A stretch of 64,000 nt of DNA, from contig NW_026938905.1 of NCBI RefSeq assembly GCF_032062105.1, positions 1-64,000 on the forward strand, written 5' to 3'. Positions 58,087-64,000 of this stretch are shown piece after piece; within the stretch, counting starts at the first letter, position 1, and each line of letters opens with the position of its first letter. Source of the stretch: Saccostrea cucullata (taxonomy: Eukaryota). The position numbers and the translations under genes were made by a program. A model generated the notes under the pieces. It had not been told where the DNA came from. It made no database searches and saw only the letters and a list, made by a program, of their open reading frames with translations.

Positions 58087-59252
58087 CGTCAGAGGAATAC
58101 TGTGATGGAAGAAAACGTTGTAGTGTACATATTAACTTAGTGATATTTACCACATTTGCTTTAAATGACATACAACATAAATACGTATTCGTCTGTTCGG
58201 TGTGAGAAAAAATTACACACAAACGTTCCTGTATCATCGTCTAGGACTGAAAGGTCAGAGAACCAGTTAATACATCTCTAGAAAGTTGGCGACATTTGAA
58301 GTGCGTTGAATATCATCTTCACAATTCAATTCAATTTCAATCTCCACATTAGATTGCATATTAAGTTTTCCCTAACTCGCCCTTACATATTGTCACCTCG
58401 ACCGTTTTCCCCAATTGTCTTCCTTGTACTCTATCAATCACCTCATCTCTGTGCTTTTGATTTCCGTCAATTCCACAGTTTCTTTTCCCGTTTTCTCACA
58501 TTTGAATAGCGTCATATCGACTGCTCTTTCCCTTTCTTCTCATAAATTCTACCACCTCAGTTATACTTTCTCTTTCCTCTCACCTGAATTTTGTCACTCC
58601 CACTTTCCACCCCCTTTAATTTACTCCAGCTTGGATTCCCTCACCTCGACTGTCCTTTTAGGCTAGCTTCAGTTGTACAAACCTGTAACTCTCTGCTTGA
58701 TAATTAAAATTTCAGTCTTTATCCGTTCGAATTTTCTAAAGCAGAGTGCTGCAGTTCTACAGCTACATGTAATTTTAGGCTTATGAATGTAAATTTTTGA
58801 TACACAAAGAGAGAATGATATTGCAATTATAATATCCGAAATTCCTGTGAAGGTAATTTTCATTTCTATCAAGACCAAAACTTTCGTAGATATGCAGAAT
58901 GAACAGCATATATCACCATTTGTCTTTACATACAGTGTTGCAATAACTGAGGATTAAAATGTTTTATGACCACCTTTTGTGTTGATTCTGGATAAAGTAT
59001 GCCTTACTGTGAAATAGTGTGCCAGTATTTATTTATTTTGTAAAGTTAAAATAAGGCTGTGAAGAATGTATATTTTGTTTTATATGACAATGAAAAACAA
59101 AAAGATTGTATTATGTCATGTTATTCCAGAATTGCATTTCTGTAGCACAGAATTTCCATGATTAAAGAAGAAACAGTGGTATGGTGTCCATGCTTTTATA
59201 ATATCCATGCATGTATAGATCTGCAAGTCTACTGTTAATTGTTCATTTATAA

Positions 59253-59818
59253 TTTAATTATGTTTGTACTCTAGCCTCTCATTGGTTGATTTCCAAAAAG
59301 GAACGCACATTATTCTGTATAATCTGGTTTGGTATGGGGACACACCCCCTTGACACTTAGCTGATAGAGCTGAATCGTCTGTATCCGTGCAATCCCCTCA
59401 TTAACAGTACAGTCCTCATTTACAGTCCTCGGGATTCATGGAAAATTTCAGATTTTCAAACAGTAGTTCAACCTTACATGTACCTCATGTAAACAAACAT
59501 CATGGCTGCTAGATCTATGTGATCTATGTATCAGTTATTACCTCCCCTCGCTTACCATCACTTCCGTTACTACGGTTGTGTTATTGAGCGGAAAATTTGA
59601 ACTCATAAAAAGCAAAACAGTTTTACTTCCACAGTTATTTAATTTTTTACAATTAAATTATAAGGAATGACTCCAATTCTTGGCCAAATTATTCGAGTAT
59701 AACCTAGTTTGTGTTAGTTTTCGCTTTTTTATAATTTGCTTCGCGGATTATAAAGCGTAAACTGACCCAAACCAGGTTATATCGAATAATTTGGTCAAGA
59801 ATTAGAGTCATTCCTTAA
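59253..59818 (+). mobile_element. Hairpin-ended element, copy C
   Basis: TTTAATT (59253) with ATTGG at 59281. Hairpin 59661-59817: TAAGGAATGA...TGC-TTC-GCG...TCATTCCTTA. Confidence 0.7.
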
Positions 59819-60837
59819 TTATCTTAAAATTAAAATATTCCAAGAGAATCATTGAATTAATGAAACCTTTCTGATGTGTTATTTTAAAGACATTATTAAG
59901 GAAATCGGGATTTAATTTACATTACAGTATGATTGTGAATTGCTAACGTCATTTGCTTTAAAAAAGACGACAAAGAAGGACCCAGTAGCTTATATTTAAC
60001 AGGGCTGGGATAGGGGATTGTATGGGAGAATCATACCCACTCAAAATACAAAACCTCTTGAAATTTCTTTTAGACGACCTTAAGAATCCACAGGGGCGGA
60101 ATTTTGAAAATTCTTAATTTTAACTTTTAATATTACTCTTTGTGTGAAACAGAACTTCACCCTCCAGATAAAATCGTACAATCTTATTGACATGCAATTT
60201 GTAGTAATTCTAGTGTCAGCTTGTAACTGGTTACAGAAGCAAAATGAACAGTGTCAAAATATGTGTTTTAAATTGAACTTTTTTCTTTATGCTAGGAAAA
60301 AGGAATGAGTAATGTCTGGGGAAAAAAAAGTTAGAAGACAGGCGATAAAAAAAATGAAAAAAAAATCCTACAAGGAATAAGATACTAAGATCCTACCGGA
60401 TTTTCGTAGGCTAGGGTGGGGTGTGTGTGAGGGTGTGTGTGTGTGGGAGGGAGGGACGATGGAACTTCTTTCAGTGCCAACTTTTATATACACTTACTAC
60501 GTATACATTGCCCATACCTTACTATACACTGCAACAAAAAGTAAGGGGGTTGGGGTTGGCAACCGATCTTTCAGTGAACAAGTTTAATAGTAGAATGTTA
60601 TGTCTGAAAAAAAGGGGGTCAGATCTCCCCTGCACACCCATCCCATCCCCCTGATGTTACGTGCCTGTTCACCTTGGGTTTTTGTACAGTGGTTTAGTAA
60701 GTGGAAATGTGTCAAGAAACGAGAGACAACTCTGACAAACCATTTTATCTTGGAGGAGTTGTCTGTTCTTCTTCTCAAATTAATCAATAGGTTTTATTGT
60801 CCTGTTTGACCTCGTTATTTAATATATAATTGATATC

Positions 60838-61008
60838 NNNNNNNNNNNNNNNNNNNNNNNNNNNNNNNNNNNNNNNNNNNNNNNNNNNNNNNNNNNNNNN
60901 NNNNNNNNNNNNNNNNNNNNNNNNNNNNNNNNNNNNNNNNNNNNNNNNNNNNNNNNNNNNNNNNNNNNNNNNNNNNNNNNNNNNNNNNNNNNNNNNNNNN
61001 NNNNNNNN
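60838..61008. other. Assembly gap (171 N)
   Basis: Run of N characters. Confidence 1.
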
Positions 61009-61384
61009 TTAAGGAGACGATGTAGGAATTTTATCTGTCAAAGCCGACGAAATCCCTGACGTTAGGAGTAGAACACAGAACAATCTTATCAAGGAAAAGT
61101 GTGTAGTCCTACAAAATGACCTTTGTAAAAACCTACCTTGGACATGTACTTTACAAAGGTCAGGTTCAAGTTATACATACATGTATATGTTATACATGTA
61201 TCCTGATTTCAAGAAAATTGAGCCGTAATTTTAATTACATGTACCTATAAAAGGTTTCACATTTCACGTGCAATTTGCACCATCGGTTAAATACTGTAAA
61301 GACAAATAAATAAATAAATAATGTAAATACGTGCACAGGTACAGGTAAACAGGTAAAAGAGCAGTTAATAGTTATTCATTAGGC

Positions 61385-61475
61385 TATAAATAGACGGCCT
61401 GTGACGCCGCTTCCCTGGCCCCGGGGGTCGAGTCTTCAATCATGTAACTTGACAGGACGGAACACGGCCTGCGAG
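61385..61475 (+). promoter_or_regulatory. TATA box and probable non-coding first exon of the LRR gene
   Basis: TATAAATA at 61385 followed by GC-rich sequence and a strong donor GAG|GTAAGT at 61475/61476. An acceptor TATATAG| at 63111 lies just before the ATG at 63137. Confidence 0.6.
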
Positions 61476-61715
61476 GTAAGTATGTATTACCTACATATAA
61501 TACCTATGTTCTGATACCCAGGTTAGGGGGTAACAGAATACTTTTAAAACATATGGACATTTTGTGAATTTATACTTCTTGATATATCTGTACAAAAAGA
61601 CTTTAAGTGGGTCAGGTTTTGTGGTTTTTTTATACACCATGGTCATCTAATAGAAGTTTTATACCTTATCACCTTGAGCATTTTGTTTAGGAGACAAAGG
61701 AGAGAAACAGGTAAA

Positions 61716-61720
<5 letters not shown>

Positions 61721-61762
<42 letters not shown>
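61721..61762. repeat. (CT)n microsatellite
   Basis: 21 CT units. Confidence 0.95.
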
Positions 61763-61766
<4 letters not shown>

Positions 61767-63136
61767 ATTATATGGTGCAGTCTTTCATAATTATGATAAG
61801 AATATTGCCCTCTTAATGCCGTTATGAATATTCATTGTCAACATGACAATTTTACATTGCCATTGTGTTGTATATCATATGGAAAATATATATTTTGTTG
61901 AAATATGTTTTCCATGTTCATAAATTTTATGCATACTGTATTTATTACATTTGTAAATCTGTAAAAGAATGCCTATATGACTTTTTTCATTATCAACAGG
62001 TACTATATAAATATTCTGTAAAATTGTGAAATGTTTATCCTGAGCAATAAATAAATTACAATTACAATATTGCACTAATTTTGACCAGAGAAAAATTAAC
62101 CGTTATACGTGTACATTGTATGTTTATGCACCTATCATATACTTACTCGGCATAAATCAGTCTTTATATATACATGTTAATGTATATTAGTATATCGAAG
62201 ATGGTATAATGCAAATGTATCTTACAGGAGTTATTTTACGAATTTAAAGTCAAATTTATTGGGTTTTTTATTATTAATATATATTTTATACCATTAATTA
62301 AAATTTCATGTTTTTAACAAATGTTAATTTGAATTTATAATTAAAATGCAAATTTAGAACACAGCACTGTTGCTATATGCAATTTGTTTGAAAAAATCTT
62401 ACATTGGCGGAATCTTAAGGAAGATGTAAATCATTCTAAAAATGTTATAGCATAACTTTTTTACTTTTTCACCTTCGGCATATAAACAAAGCTTAATTAA
62501 TTTATACATGTAGTTCTTAATTTTCACATTCTCTCTCACCTTTAAGTTTTTAGATATTAAATCGTCACCTTGTTTTTTTTGATTATCATAAAATTAAAGA
62601 AAAGCATTCCAGTTTTGATAATTTTGAATAAATAAAATAAAGATGAAAGTATAGCACTGATTTATGTACAATGAATTAAGAAACGACAAAACAAAACTTC
62701 ATTTATATGTAAGGAATTTACGTAATAAATTGAAATTTCTTATGGGGTACATACATTGTTTTCATAGAAATATCTCACTTTGATCCGCGCTTCTGTTGGA
62801 TATTAATCACTTATAAGTTAGATTTAAATGCTTGCAAAATACACGTATACAAGTTTTTTTTTCACTACCCAAATCATGCAGTGGGGATATGTTCGTCGTT
62901 AATAGGATAAAATGGCCCATTCTTCTACTAACGGTATATAACCAAAGTCCTTGAGTTCTCATTTGACAAAAAAAAAATAAATTTTTTTTGCCCTTCAAGC
63001 ATCACTTCTTCACAATTAATGACTTGTCCCAAATAAACTAGCAATATAATTTCTAATCATGCACTTGTATGTCAAAGATGTATTTTGACAATTTCTCTTG
63101 CATTTATATAGTTTTCGGCTGTGATTAACATAAAAA

Positions 63137-64000
63137 ATGCAGGAGACCCGTTATATATTACTGGCTGCCATTTTTTTGAGGATTTCCACGGTCATTTGTG
63201 GAACATTCACAGTATCTGTTGAATGGTATCCAGGGAAGTTCCGAACATACGACTTCAATCGGAGCATCTCTGGAGAGTGCATACTTTCTATGAGGGAGGA
63301 TGTGGTTCGATGCATGCGCAATCACAAGTTCCAGGATATTGAGGACCAATGGCGGTATCAACCTCAGAATATAACTTATATCGCCGTCAACTGTCTGAGA
63401 CAGGTGCAGAAATGATGTTAATTTATTTATTCTAAATTGTAGATGCCAAAGATATTAAAAAATGTTAAAACTTCAATAAATGTAGAAAATAATCAATTTC
63501 TAAACTAGTAAATGAGAGGTATTTTGACATTTAATTTTGCTCGCAAAGAAAAAAAATAATTATATGGGACATCTATCTTGAATTTACTATATTTCCTGTT
63601 ACAAAAACTACGTTAACAAAATAAAATTGAAATAAGTAATATACTTAACTGCGAAACAAACTAACCGCATAATAAATCAACTAATAATAAATTCATATAT
63701 ATTTACAATTTTGCAGGAATTCTTCACATCTCCACGACATGTTTGCATGTGTAAAAAAGGAACCAAAGCCGCAAGTGCTCAACATTTCCGGCAATTTGAC
63801 GAGTTCTATTATTGTCAGCTTCGGCAACTCACGGATAAAATGTTCGCCTCTCTTCGAAATCTACAGGTTTTAGATCTCTCTGACAATATGATTTCCCATA
63901 TTGAAGGAGATGCCTTAAAATCTGTGACGTCATTGAAATATTTAGATCTGAGTCGGAATCCTATGGAAACACAGACTTTGGCGGCAGGATTCCTGTGTGA
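63137..64000 (+). CDS. Signal-peptide leucine-rich-repeat protein (TLR/LRR receptor-like), 5' part only
   Basis: Exons 63137-63403 and 63717->64000 (phase 0). Hydrophobic leader ILLAAIFLRISTVICG. Exon 2 is open to the window end with extracellular-type LRRs FASLRNLQVLDLSDNMISHIEGDAL and KSVTSLKYLDLSRNPM. Confidence 0.82.

Noticed and set aside
60830-61012. ORF of X residues
   Set aside because: Artefact of the N gap.
1-64000. Frequent TACATGTA palindromes throughout the window
   Set aside because: Scattered evenly with no relation to specific features. It appears to be a genome-wide compositional trait rather than a local system.

Overview
AT-rich, intron-containing animal DNA, most consistent with an oyster/bivalve (inferred from the C1qDC, TRIM and KLHL gene types, the HINE/Helentron satellites and the (CAAT)n-tailed SINEs). 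By reading GT/AG boundaries and codon phases I reconstructed eight genes. On the minus strand: a partial secreted Ly6/uPAR-like gene running off the left edge, LSM7 (4 exons), and a 3-exon C1q-domain gene nested antisense inside intron 4 of the next gene. On the plus strand: a 5-exon four-TM FAM189/ENTREP-like gene with a long PPxY tail, a RING-Bbox-Bbox-CC-NHL TRIM gene, a 161-aa B-box plus single-filamin-repeat gene, a BTB-BACK-Kelch gene, and a partial signal-peptide LRR gene running off the right edge. Introns and spacers hold many non-autonomous elements: SINEs, HINEs, TA-type MITEs, TAG-terminal elements with 9-bp TSDs, an element with perfect 86-bp TIRs, and a foldback element with a 3x21-bp higher-order repeat. 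The two most unusual observations are (i) three dispersed elements that share fixed-spacing left-end motifs, a ~160-bp terminal hairpin with co-varying arms and a thrice-repeated recombinase-like palindromic site, and (ii) the stand-alone B-box-filamin mini-protein next to a filamin-less TRIM-NHL gene. There is a 171-N gap at 60838-61008. No CRISPR, rRNA or true tRNA gene was found. No database search was run; family names rest on motif recognition.
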